Below are positions 40,611-50,565 of a DNA stretch of 64,000 nt, piece by piece (within the stretch, counting starts at the first letter, position 1; every line of letters begins with the position of its first letter). A program made the position numbers and the translations under genes. The DNA is from Candidatus Kapaibacterium sp. Lineage in GTDB: Bacteria; Bacteroidota; Ignavibacteria; Kapaibacteriales; UBA2268. The stretch spans positions 133 through 64,132 of the forward strand of contig CALKJQ010000035.1 in assembly GCA_937995785.1 (NCBI GenBank), given 5' to 3'. The notes under the pieces were generated by a model. That model saw only the letters and a list, made by a program, of their open reading frames with translations, was not told the DNA's origin and ran no database searches.

Positions 40611-42650
40611 ATGGCAGCTTCTTTCACCGACCCCGAAATGATGGAAATCTTCGAAGGGTTCTTAATCGAGACGCAAGAATTGCTCGATACACTAACGAGC
40701 GATTTGATGGAGATTGAGCAAAATCCCGATGATGATGAGTTAATCAATAAAATATTTAGGAGCTTCCATACAATCAAAGGCACATCATCATTTATGGGTG
40801 TTGATAAGATATCTGGCATTACCCACAATGCCGAAGATATTCTTAACAAGGTTCGCCGCCACGAAATGAGCATAAACCAAGATATTATAGATGTGATGCT
40901 CGAAGTTCAGGATTGGATAATGGTTATGCTCGATCAGCTTAAAGCCGGCGAGGATATTGATGTGGACTATTCCCAAACATTAGAAAAGTTAAATTTACTT
41001 AAATCAGGTGCTTCACTCAGCGGCGAAATTTCAGATACAACAAAAACTGAACCAGCCAAATCAGATAAAACTGCTTCGATCGAATCTAATGTAAGTGCGT
41101 TGGATATGGTATTAACAAATACCGAAATCACCTCTCATCCTGGCGATTTTACACCCGATGAATACGAATTACTCGATAAAGCCTTTGCCGAAATGAATCA
41201 AAAATTTGCAATGGAGGTGAAGTCGCAAGAAAACGCTCAATTTGAAGTCGATCCAATTACCGAAGTGAAGGACCAAACTGAAATTCAGCAAGCCGACGAT
41301 AAAAATGTAGAAGAACATCCCGATGAACATCATTCTGAAACAGAAGAACCCAAAAGACCAACAACAGAAATAACTGAAGATAGAGCCAAGCACCAACCCG
41401 AAAAATCTAAAGACAAAACCCCCAGTCAAGCTCTAACAACCGAAACAATCAGAATAGATGTTGGCAGAGTTGAATCATTAATGGATCTCAGTGGCGAATT
41501 AGTGCTAAGCCGCAATAGATTAATGCAAATTGGAGAAAATATCGATAGTCGAGTTGCCGACAAGGAATTAATCCGAGAGTTGGTTGATTCCACTGCTCAA
41601 TTAGATTTTATCACCTCCGAAATCCAAAATGCAGTTATGAAAATGCGAATGGTACCAATTGGCAAACTGTTCCAAAAAGCACCTCGCATTGTTCGAGATT
41701 TATCCAAAGAATTTGGAAAAAAAATTAAATTGGTGCTCAGAGGTGAAGAAACCGAAATTGATAGAGGTATAATCGAAGAACTCAACGATCCATTAGTTCA
41801 TATGATCCGTAATTCTTGCGACCACGGCGTGGAAACTCCACAAGATAGATTGCGAAAAGGAAAGCCCGAAGAAGGAACCCTGATTTTGGATGCTTCGCAG
41901 GAAGGTAACAACATTGTGATTAAAATTATAGATGACGGCGCCGGAATGGATCCACAAAAATTAATTAATAAAGCAATCGAAAAAGGTGTGTTAAAACCCG
42001 AAGAAGCCGCCAATTTTTCCAAAAGAGAGGCTTTCCAATTAATTTTCGCACCTGGGTTCAGCACTGCGAAAGTAGTTACCTCTGTCTCGGGGCGTGGCGT
42101 GGGTATGGATGTGGTAAGAACCAACATACAAGCACTAAAAGGCATGGTTGATATCGAATCCGAAATTGACGTAGGAACGACTTTTATTATCAAGTTGCCT
42201 CTCACTCTTGCTATCATACAAGGTTTGCTCGTAAGAATTCAAAATGAAACTTATGCTATCCCATTGAGTTCAGTACTCGAAGTTGTTTCCACAAGTAATT
42301 GCGAAATATCAACAGTGAATAAAAAGGAAGTAATTCGTATCCGAAAAGATGTTTTTCCATTGATTAGATTAGATTATGCTTTAAAGCATCCTACACCCGT
42401 TAGTTCATTAGAAGGGCGGAATGTGGTTATTGTTGGCGTTGGTGTAGAAAAATATGGCTTGGTTTGCGACGAATTATTAGGACAGCAAGAAATTGTGATA
42501 AAGTCGCTTGGAGAATATTTAGGAAATATCAAAGGAATTGCCGGCTCGACAATTATGGGCGATGGACGAGTGATAATGATTATCGATATTGGCGATTTAA
42601 TCAGCGAATTATCAGATAGTCGTCATAAATTTATGATGATGTCATCTTGA
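40611..42650 (+). CDS. cheA: Chemotaxis histidine kinase CheA
   Basis: Hpt IFRSFHTIKG, dimerisation domain, HMIRNSCDHG, DDGAG, FAPGFST, SGRGVGMDVV, C-terminal CheW-like domain. Confidence 0.96.
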   Translation: MAASFTDPEMMEIFEGFLIETQELLDTLTSDLMEIEQNPDDDELINKIFRSFHTIKGTSSFMGVDKISGITHNAEDILNKVRRHEMSINQDIIDVMLEVQDWIMVMLDQLKAGEDIDVDYSQTLEKLNLLKSGASLSGEISDTTKTEPAKSDKTASIESNVSALDMVLTNTEITSHPGDFTPDEYELLDKAFAEMNQKFAMEVKSQENAQFEVDPITEVKDQTEIQQADDKNVEEHPDEHHSETEEPKRPTTEITEDRAKHQPEKSKDKTPSQALTTETIRIDVGRVESLMDLSGELVLSRNRLMQIGENIDSRVADKELIRELVDSTAQLDFITSEIQNAVMKMRMVPIGKLFQKAPRIVRDLSKEFGKKIKLVLRGEETEIDRGIIEELNDPLVHMIRNSCDHGVETPQDRLRKGKPEEGTLILDASQEGNNIVIKIIDDGAGMDPQKLINKAIEKGVLKPEEAANFSKREAFQLIFAPGFSTAKVVTSVSGRGVGMDVVRTNIQALKGMVDIESEIDVGTTFIIKLPLTLAIIQGLLVRIQNETYAIPLSSVLEVVSTSNCEISTVNKKEVIRIRKDVFPLIRLDYALKHPTPVSSLEGRNVVIVGVGVEKYGLVCDELLGQQEIVIKSLGEYLGNIKGIAGSTIMGDGRVIMIIDIGDLISELSDSRHKFMMMSS

Positions 42651-42660
42651 ATTAATTTAA

Positions 42661-43719
42661 TCAGCGAATTCCTTGAAGGTCATATTCGGCTAAAGTTATT
42701 TTTTCTGTATTATCGATTTCTGTTATTCTGTTGTTATAGGAATTTAACCTTTTAGTTATAATTTCGGCAATACGAACAGCTTTAACAGCTTCGTATGCAG
42801 TAACCGCAATTGGCTTGTTGTGCGTTATAGATTCAACAAATGAATTTTGTTCCTCTTGAATTGCGTTCCAAGCTCTAATTTTGGGTTGTTCATAAGTTAT
42901 ATACCTATCTGTGGGTATGTCCATTATTGAACCTAAATTGAGAGCAACATCTTTGTGGGATGCATTGGGTTTGCCGTCGATAATTTTAAATAAATCTACT
43001 TTTTGATTACCAAAATCAATCGAAATATAGGCATCTCTCTGGAAGATTCTAAATTTGCGAATATTATTTGCCGAAATTCTCGAGGCTGTTATATTTGCAA
43101 TTGTTCCATTAGCAAACTCGATTCGAGCGTTGGCGATATCAGGCGTATTGGTTAATATAGCAACTCCATTGGCACTTATTTTTTTGATTTTCGATTTTAC
43201 CATCCACATAATTAAATCAATATCGTGTATCATTAAATCGAAAACAACGCTAACATCAATTGCGCGAGGTTTGAATTGACTTAGCCGGTGAACCTCAATG
43301 AATAATGGTTTTAAATTCATATCCGATACTGCATTAAGGGCAGGATTGAATCGTTCCACATGACCAACTTGGATTATTGCATTATTTTTTTCAGCAATTT
43401 TAATGAGTGTGTTTCCTTGTTTAAAAGTTTGTGTTATAGGTTTTTCGATTAAGCAATGAATACCATTGGAAAGCATTTTTTTTGCAAGTCCATAGTGATG
43501 TTTTGTGTCGGCAGCAATTGTAACTGCATCAATGTATTTCATCATTTCTATTAAGGTCCGAAAAGGTTTACATCCAAATTCGGCGGCAACAGATCGAGCA
43601 AGAGGCCGGTTTATGTCGAGCACACCTACTAAATTTACATTTTTGTTTTGCGACCACAACTTTGTATGTATTTTACCTAAATGTCCAACACCAATTACAG
43701 CTACGTTGAGTTTTTTCAT
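42661..43719 (-). CDS. Gfo/Idh/MocA oxidoreductase (possibly GnnA-like UDP-GlcNAc 3-dehydrogenase)
   Basis: VIGVGHLG..H, LIEKP, QVGHVERFNP, DLMIHDID, TASRIS. Confidence 0.88.
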   Translation of the reverse strand: MKKLNVAVIGVGHLGKIHTKLWSQNKNVNLVGVLDINRPLARSVAAEFGCKPFRTLIEMMKYIDAVTIAADTKHHYGLAKKMLSNGIHCLIEKPITQTFKQGNTLIKIAEKNNAIIQVGHVERFNPALNAVSDMNLKPLFIEVHRLSQFKPRAIDVSVVFDLMIHDIDLIMWMVKSKIKKISANGVAILTNTPDIANARIEFANGTIANITASRISANNIRKFRIFQRDAYISIDFGNQKVDLFKIIDGKPNASHKDVALNLGSIMDIPTDRYITYEQPKIRAWNAIQEEQNSFVESITHNKPIAVTAYEAVKAVRIAEIITKRLNSYNNRITEIDNTEKITLAEYDLQGIR

Positions 43720-43756
43720 CTTAAATTACTATTAAAAAATGCAAATTAATAATTTT

Positions 43757-44653
43757 TTAGGACTTAGGGTGTGCTCCCTTGTAAATTTCTTTTAGCTTTT
43801 CGATAGAAAAATGGGTATAAATTTGTGTAGAACTCAATGAAGAGTGCCCAAGCATTTCGCCAACCGAGCGGATGTCGGCACCATTATTAATAAGGTGGGT
43901 TGCAAAGGTGTGGCGCAATGTATGCGGCGATTTTTGTTTAGTATCAGTAATTCCCTTCATTGCTGTATTTATTATGCTGTAGGCTTGATTATAACTTAAT
44001 TGTTTGCCATTTTCGTCGGAAAAGATATAATCTTTTTTTGATAAATTGAATTTAGAAATTGCAAGATTAATAAAACGACGTGCATTGTTTCCGAATGGGA
44101 CAATACGCGGTTTGTTGCCCTTACCAACAACACTTATTGTGTTCTGGTTTAAATCGATATCCGAAATTTTGATATTCAAGGCTTCGCCTATTCTTAGTCC
44201 GGTACTATAAATTACTTGGATTAACAACTTTTTTAATAATTGTCCATTTATGTTTTCGTCGAATTGATTTAACAATAAATCTACTTCCTTTTCGGTGAGA
44301 AAGTTTGGCAAAGTTTTTTTTCGCTTTGGCGTCGATAAATTAATAGAGGGATTAACCGAAATATATTCGTTTACATATAGGAATTTGAAAAAAGATCTCA
44401 CAGCCGAGGATTTTAGTCTAATTGAATTACGGTCGTAACCTTTGTCTTGTAACCATCCGAGGAATGGGCGGAGGTCGTCCAATTCGATTTCGGATATATT
44501 TGGATTAGTTTGGTATTCCTCGTCGAAAAATAGAATCAAATTATCTAACGCATATTGATAGGTTTGAAATGTTTTTTGAGAATAATTTCTTTGGTTTATT
44601 ATATAGTTCAAAAATATTTTTTTTGCTTCACTCAAATTCATTGCTATCCCCAT
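43757..44653 (-). CDS. xerC: Tyrosine recombinase XerC/XerD
   Basis: YSTGLRIGE, GKGNK.RIVP, HTLRHTFATHL..GADIRSV.EMLGHSSLSSTQIYTH. Confidence 0.85.
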   Translation of the reverse strand: MGIAMNLSEAKKIFLNYIINQRNYSQKTFQTYQYALDNLILFFDEEYQTNPNISEIELDDLRPFLGWLQDKGYDRNSIRLKSSAVRSFFKFLYVNEYISVNPSINLSTPKRKKTLPNFLTEKEVDLLLNQFDENINGQLLKKLLIQVIYSTGLRIGEALNIKISDIDLNQNTISVVGKGNKPRIVPFGNNARRFINLAISKFNLSKKDYIFSDENGKQLSYNQAYSIINTAMKGITDTKQKSPHTLRHTFATHLINNGADIRSVGEMLGHSSLSSTQIYTHFSIEKLKEIYKGAHPKS

Positions 44654-44732
44654 TTATAAAATTAACAACAAAAACCGTTCCATATATTGTTTGATTCAAA
44701 ATACATAAAAATTACACATTAATCGTCTTTTC

Positions 44733-46925
44733 GTGAAATATATATTATTTTCAATGGAATTCACTTTTTTCTCTATAGATGGTAACATTTGGATTTTTGT
44801 AGGCGTTTCGATTCTGCTCGTGCTATTTACGATTTATAGTTACCTATATACTATACCCGAAATATCAAAAAATAAGAAAACAATATTAATAATTCTAAGA
44901 TCTTTTTCGCTTTTATTAACATTATTTCTGATTTTTAATCCAAAACTAATCTATTCATCCTACAAAGAAATCCAACCTAAGTTGGCTTTGCTACTCGACA
45001 ACTCAATGAGTATGAAAATGAAGGACCGAAGCTACGACCGCGAAACTGTTTATTCAAAAATTCTACGAAATTTCGACTATAAACTATTCGATGGAAATAT
45101 AGATATTTACGCATTTGATGATGATATAAAACAAATTTCTAATTTTAATTTTGATAGTTTGGCTCTCAATGGTAAAACAACAAATATCTCCAAAGCCATT
45201 CAATATATTAGCAAATTGGCTGACGAAAAAAATTACCAAGCCTTAGCAATTGCTTCGGATGGTGCTTTTAATTCTGGTTCAAATCCTATTTATTTGGTTG
45301 ATAATTTCCCAAAGCCAATTTTTGCTGTTGGAATAGGCGACACATTACCACCCAAGGACATTTTAATCAAATCCATAATTTCGAGCGAAGTTACTTTTGT
45401 TAACAACAAAGTGGATGTATCCGCACAGATTTCAATCACTGGCTATCCTAATCGCATTTTGCCAATTATGCTCTACGAAAACGATAGATTAATTGATACA
45501 AAGGAAATTAAAACTATAGATAAAACTACCAATTACAATTTCACCTTTACTTATCAACCTCAAACCGAAGGCATCCACAAAATAACTATTTCAATTCCTC
45601 GTGCCGAAGAAGAATATTCAATCGAAAATAACTCTAATAGCACATTCATCAAGGTGATTAAGAATAAAAAAATCATCTCGATTTTTTCGAGTGCACCCAA
45701 TTCTGATGTTTCGTTTTTGAATCAATACCTCACACAAGACAAAGAAATCAAAGTAAATCAATATATTCAAAAATTTCAAAGTACTTTTTATATAACCCCA
45801 ACAGACAAAGATATACAAGAAACCCAATTATTTATTTTAATTGATTTTCCGTCGGCAACCACTCCAGAAAATGTTATTAATCAAATAGTACGTCAATTGG
45901 AGCAGGGCAAACCTCTTTTATTTGTCTGGGGTAATAAATTGGACCGAAAAAAACTTCAAATACTAAAAGATTATTTACCAATTGAAATATCCTCATTTTC
46001 CAATCGAGAATTTTTAGCTGGGGTTGCCGTTAATGAAAATATTAACGACAATCCACTTATGAGAATTGATGGGGTTGCCGATGCACCAAAGCAATGGCAA
46101 TCTCTTCCCCCTATATTCAAAACCGAAACATTCACAACGCCCAAAATAAACAGCAAAATCCTTGCTTTTTCCACAGTTGATAATGTAAAAATGCAAGAAC
46201 CAATTATTGCTATAAGCGATTTTGGATCGCGACGATCAGTAGTTGTACTTGGTTATGGTTTGTATCGTTGGAAATTACTTGGAACAGCCAAAGAAATTTC
46301 TCGCGGTAATTTGGAACAAATTGATTTATTTTCCGTATTTATAGGAAACACGATTCGCTGGTTGTCGATTTCGAATGTGGATCAGCAAGTTATTGTAAAA
46401 ACTTTGAAAAAACAGTTCTCATCCACCGAACCAGTCGAATTTGTTGGAAATGTCTGGGATAATTCGCTCAACCCAATTGATAATGCAACAGTTCAAATTG
46501 AACTAAAAGGAAACAATTACAAGAAAATTATCGATATGGTAGCAACAGGAAATGGAAATTATTATGCAAAAATGGCATCGTTGCCCAAGGGCGACTATGC
46601 GTTCGATGCTAAAGCCATACTAAGCAATTCGGTACTTGGAAATTCCGAGGGGAGATTTTCAGTAGGAGCGATTAACTTCGAACTTTTGGATCTAACGATG
46701 AATAAGAGTCTTTTGCAACATTTAGCAAAGTATTCAAATGGAATGTTCTTCGAAAACAATGCTGATGGATTAGAAAATCAAATATTAAATTTAAAAAACT
46801 TCGAGAAAATAAACAAATTAGTCCAAAACGAATTTGAATTTATCAATCGTTGGTGGGCACTAATTTTATTAGTAATTACATTCTCTTTGGAATGGTTCAT
46901 TCGTAAAAAATTATCTTTGATTTAA
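44733..46925 (+). CDS. Membrane protein with vWA, Ig-like and GATase-like domains
   Basis: Two N-terminal TM segments, MIDAS-like DNSMSM, T, SDG; C-terminal TM ending EWFIRK. Confidence 0.7.
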   Translation: MKYILFSMEFTFFSIDGNIWIFVGVSILLVLFTIYSYLYTIPEISKNKKTILIILRSFSLLLTLFLIFNPKLIYSSYKEIQPKLALLLDNSMSMKMKDRSYDRETVYSKILRNFDYKLFDGNIDIYAFDDDIKQISNFNFDSLALNGKTTNISKAIQYISKLADEKNYQALAIASDGAFNSGSNPIYLVDNFPKPIFAVGIGDTLPPKDILIKSIISSEVTFVNNKVDVSAQISITGYPNRILPIMLYENDRLIDTKEIKTIDKTTNYNFTFTYQPQTEGIHKITISIPRAEEEYSIENNSNSTFIKVIKNKKIISIFSSAPNSDVSFLNQYLTQDKEIKVNQYIQKFQSTFYITPTDKDIQETQLFILIDFPSATTPENVINQIVRQLEQGKPLLFVWGNKLDRKKLQILKDYLPIEISSFSNREFLAGVAVNENINDNPLMRIDGVADAPKQWQSLPPIFKTETFTTPKINSKILAFSTVDNVKMQEPIIAISDFGSRRSVVVLGYGLYRWKLLGTAKEISRGNLEQIDLFSVFIGNTIRWLSISNVDQQVIVKTLKKQFSSTEPVEFVGNVWDNSLNPIDNATVQIELKGNNYKKIIDMVATGNGNYYAKMASLPKGDYAFDAKAILSNSVLGNSEGRFSVGAINFELLDLTMNKSLLQHLAKYSNGMFFENNADGLENQILNLKNFEKINKLVQNEFEFINRWWALILLVITFSLEWFIRKKLSLI

Positions 46926-46952
46926 CTTTTTAACCAAAAAAATAAAAACACT

Positions 46953-49223
46953 ATGAAAAGAATTTTTAGTTTATTAATTCTGGTTTATATATTTGTCTCA
47001 ACTTTCCAGCTGAAGGCAGAATTTGCAACCGGAAATTCGATTAGCGGCTTTGTGAAAGACAAAGAAACGGGCGAAACTTTGGTTGGTGCCTCCGTTTTCC
47101 TTAAGAAGACATCCTATGGCAATCGCACCAACAAAAGCGGTTTCTTTTCGATAACCAACATACCCCAAGGAGAATTCACTCTGGTTGTTTCATATCTTGG
47201 TTACCAAATTTATGAAAAACCCGTGAAATTCAAATTAAATGAAACAATTAAATTAAATATAGATTTAAATCCTATAAAAATCAAAAGTGAACAGATTGTG
47301 GTAACAGCCGAAAGGGAAGTGGAAAAAAGAAATATTTCAATTTCTAAAGTCGACGTTCCAGTTCAGCAATTAAAAGAAATTCGCATAGGTGGCGAGGCCG
47401 ATTTATTCCGTGCATTGCAATACTTGCCGGGCATATTGACGATTTCGCAGATTTCCAGCGGATTGTATGTTCGCGGAGGTTCGCCCGACCAAAATTTGAT
47501 ATTATTAGATGGCTCGATAGTTTATAACCCAACCCATCTTTTTGGATTTTTCTCGACATTTAATACCGATGCAATTAAAGATGTGGAACTAATAAAAGGT
47601 GGCTTTAACGCCGAATATGGAGGACGTTTGTCCTCGGTGCTCGAAATTACACAGAAAGATGGTAATGCCAATCAATTCGAAGGTAAAGGTTCAATTGGGG
47701 CTATTTCCAGTCGTCTTTCGCTCGAGGGACCTATTGGCAATGGAAGCTGGTTTATTGGAGGTCGTCGAACCTATTTGGATTTAATCAAAACATTCATCGA
47801 TGACGACCCCGAAAACCCAATTCCCGACTTCGGTTTTTACGATGTAAACGCTAAAATTACACAAAATATTTCGGAAAATGATAGATTAAGTTTGTCGGGA
47901 TTTTTAACTAACGATAATTTCAATTTTTCGGGTTCAGGAATTAATTTTGATATGGATGTGGGCAATCAGCTTGGTGCATTAAATTGGACACACATTTTTA
48001 GCAGTGATTTATTTTCGCGCACTAATTTTAGCTACACAAGATATTCCAGTGGCTTTACGGGCGAACAATCTGATTATTACACAATGTTCAAAAATTCAAT
48101 TGAAGATTATACCCTTCGTTCCGAAATAGAATGGTTCACCAACGAAAGTATAACTCACAAGTTTGGATTCCAAACAACAAACAGAAGCTTTTCGATAATT
48201 CAGAATTTTACTGGAGAGAAAGATTCTACCTCATCCGCCACAGATGCAGCAACAACCAATATTAACATTAAAGATTGGAACCATTCATTATTTGGTCAGA
48301 TTAATTATTTAATAAATGATTTAACTTCTATTCAAACTGGTATCCGAATTGATTATTGGAACTTAAAAGATCAATTAACAATTGATCCTCGATTAGCAAT
48401 TCGCTATCAATTATTTGATAATATCTCTGTTAAATTTGGATGGGGGATATATCACCAAAACCTACGATTACTAACCGACCAAAATTTCTCATTTTTCGAT
48501 ACCTGGCTACCTTCGGATTCCACCGTGCCAATTAGTAAATCGAACCACTACATCTTAACATTCGAAACCGAACCTGTTGAGGGATACGACTTTAACTTCG
48601 ACTTATATTACCGCACCTTCAATGGAATATCCGAATTAAATAGGTTCGCATTGCAAGGAACAACGGCACGTGATGTGTTTTTCGTGGGCAATGGTTATTC
48701 CTATGGCTTTGAACTATTCACTCAAAAGAAATACGGCAAACTTACGGGTTGGTTTGGATATGCCTATGGATTTGTGATTAGCCAATTTGATGAGATAAAT
48801 AATGGAAAAGAGTTCAATCCAAAATACGACCGTCGCCACGATATGAAATTGGTTGTAAACTACGAAATCAACGATAGCTGGGTGATAGGTGCCAATTTTG
48901 TATTCCAATCTGGTCAACCCTACACGGGTGCAACATCACGGGTGAGAGTAAATTTAGATGGACAAAGTTATGGTCAGAATAAAATTGTAAGCTCGGATTT
49001 GTATGGACTACGCTTGCCACCAAGTCACCAATTAAATCTCAATGCAACATATAGCTTTAAAACTTTTGGATTGCCATCTGCATTAATTATGGATATCTAC
49101 AATGTTTATAACCGAAGAGATATATGGTTCCGATTCTACAACACACGCGACGACTTAACCACAGTGGAAGACATACGATTATTACCAATTATTCCATCAA
49201 TTTCTTACGAAATTAAATTTTAG
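46953..49223 (+). CDS. TonB-dependent receptor with N-terminal carboxypeptidase-regulatory-like domain
   Basis: ISGFVKD.ETGETL.GA, YVRGGSPDQNLILLDG, HLFGFFSTFN, YGGRLSSV, YDRRH, terminal Phe. Confidence 0.9.
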   Translation: MKRIFSLLILVYIFVSTFQLKAEFATGNSISGFVKDKETGETLVGASVFLKKTSYGNRTNKSGFFSITNIPQGEFTLVVSYLGYQIYEKPVKFKLNETIKLNIDLNPIKIKSEQIVVTAEREVEKRNISISKVDVPVQQLKEIRIGGEADLFRALQYLPGILTISQISSGLYVRGGSPDQNLILLDGSIVYNPTHLFGFFSTFNTDAIKDVELIKGGFNAEYGGRLSSVLEITQKDGNANQFEGKGSIGAISSRLSLEGPIGNGSWFIGGRRTYLDLIKTFIDDDPENPIPDFGFYDVNAKITQNISENDRLSLSGFLTNDNFNFSGSGINFDMDVGNQLGALNWTHIFSSDLFSRTNFSYTRYSSGFTGEQSDYYTMFKNSIEDYTLRSEIEWFTNESITHKFGFQTTNRSFSIIQNFTGEKDSTSSATDAATTNINIKDWNHSLFGQINYLINDLTSIQTGIRIDYWNLKDQLTIDPRLAIRYQLFDNISVKFGWGIYHQNLRLLTDQNFSFFDTWLPSDSTVPISKSNHYILTFETEPVEGYDFNFDLYYRTFNGISELNRFALQGTTARDVFFVGNGYSYGFELFTQKKYGKLTGWFGYAYGFVISQFDEINNGKEFNPKYDRRHDMKLVVNYEINDSWVIGANFVFQSGQPYTGATSRVRVNLDGQSYGQNKIVSSDLYGLRLPPSHQLNLNATYSFKTFGLPSALIMDIYNVYNRRDIWFRFYNTRDDLTTVEDIRLLPIIPSISYEIKF

Positions 49224-49234
49224 GGAAAAGGACT

Positions 49235-50095
49235 ATGAAGACATTTAGAAATTCAATCATAATTTTATTGCTTAGTTTGTTCATCATTAGTTGCGAAGAT
49301 GTGGCGCCAACAGAATATACACCACAATACATTGTTCAGGGATTACTCATTGTTGGCAGTCCAATCAATGATATCGCTTTGTTCCAAACTCAATCTTTAC
49401 GCGATTCATTTATTTATGATAATAGTATATTTAAAACTGCAGATGTGAAAATTATTGGAGACAATAGAACTTTTCAATTAGTTTTCGATAATGAGTTAAA
49501 AAGATATATCTATCCCGATACAACCTATAAAGTGAAGGAATTAACTCATTATTCCTTAGAAATTAAAACACCTGACGGAAAGATACTCAAAGGTAAGACT
49601 TTTACTCCAAAATCTATTGATTGGATTAAGCGTCCCGATCCGCAAATTCAATATCCATTGGATACCATTAATTTACCATCGAATTATCGAATATCATGGA
49701 CAAAATCCGATACAATACAATTTTATTTAATCAGAATTAGACCATTGGATACACTGGAATACGGAAAATATTTAAATCCACCAACAGAAGAGAAAAATCG
49801 GCGTATTATGCGTTCGTGGATAAGACGTCCCGAGTATTATTTCCGCGAAACAACAAATTGGGCATTTTTGCCAACAACAGAAGTTCCTGTTGTGTGGAAC
49901 TCTTTTAAATGGTTCGGTTTATCAGAAGTAAGAATTTATGCCCCCGACGCAAATTATTTAAAATGGACGTTGCAAAGCTTTGCAGTAAGAGACTTCAACG
50001 AACTGTTAAACAGCATTGAAGGTGGTGCTTTTGGAACTTTTGGTTCGGCTGCAACTGCAACAGATACTACATTTGTGCTCAAAAACCAACCTTAA
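49235..50095 (+). CDS. DUF4249-like lipoprotein (TonB receptor partner)
   Basis: Lipobox IISC-ED, Y.LEI.T.DG..L...T..P, C-terminal NSIEGG.FG.FG. Confidence 0.7.
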   Translation: MKTFRNSIIILLLSLFIISCEDVAPTEYTPQYIVQGLLIVGSPINDIALFQTQSLRDSFIYDNSIFKTADVKIIGDNRTFQLVFDNELKRYIYPDTTYKVKELTHYSLEIKTPDGKILKGKTFTPKSIDWIKRPDPQIQYPLDTINLPSNYRISWTKSDTIQFYLIRIRPLDTLEYGKYLNPPTEEKNRRIMRSWIRRPEYYFRETTNWAFLPTTEVPVVWNSFKWFGLSEVRIYAPDANYLKWTLQSFAVRDFNELLNSIEGGAFGTFGSAATATDTTFVLKNQP

Positions 50096-50565
50096 TCCAT
50101 TTTATGAATTACGTATTTAACAACCCCGAGGATAGCAAAATGCTCTTCGGGGTAAATTTTTATTGGTAAAAATTGCTTATTTTCGGCAACTAAATAGATT
50201 TCGCCTTCCATAATCTTGAATGTTTTAACCAATGTGTCTCCGTTTAGCGAAGCTATTATTATATCACCATCTTGCGGTATAGTATTCGAATTAACAATTA
50301 AAGTATCACCATCGTTTATCCCAATATCTTTCATACTTTCGCCATTAACGCGAACAAGGAAATAATCGCGTGGACTTCCCTTCAGAAGGCTATAAAGACT
50401 GAATTTGGATGCCGCTAATTCTTGAATACTCGACCTCAGATCAATATTTGCGTGAACAATGGGGGCTTCGAAACTATATTTTTGTTTAATTTTACCTCGA
50501 CTTGTAGCTTTCATTTCTTGTAGGTTTTTTGCATTTCGTTCGCAATTATTGTGCCGAATTATCAA
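50092..50565 (-). CDS. S24 (UmuD/LexA) peptidase-family protein with intact Ser-Lys dyad and no Ala-Gly site
   Basis: RVNGESM...GINDGD, TLVK, ILGVV; TTG start overlaps the upstream TGA (alternative ATG at 50514). Confidence 0.85.
   Translation of the reverse strand: MIIRHNNCERNAKNLQEMKATSRGKIKQKYSFEAPIVHANIDLRSSIQELAASKFSLYSLLKGSPRDYFLVRVNGESMKDIGINDGDTLIVNSNTIPQDGDIIIASLNGDTLVKTFKIMEGEIYLVAENKQFLPIKIYPEEHFAILGVVKYVIHKMD

Noticed and set aside
43757..44653. Tyrosine recombinase as a phage or ICE integrase
   Set aside because: Size and motifs match housekeeping XerC/D, and the neighbours are core genes.
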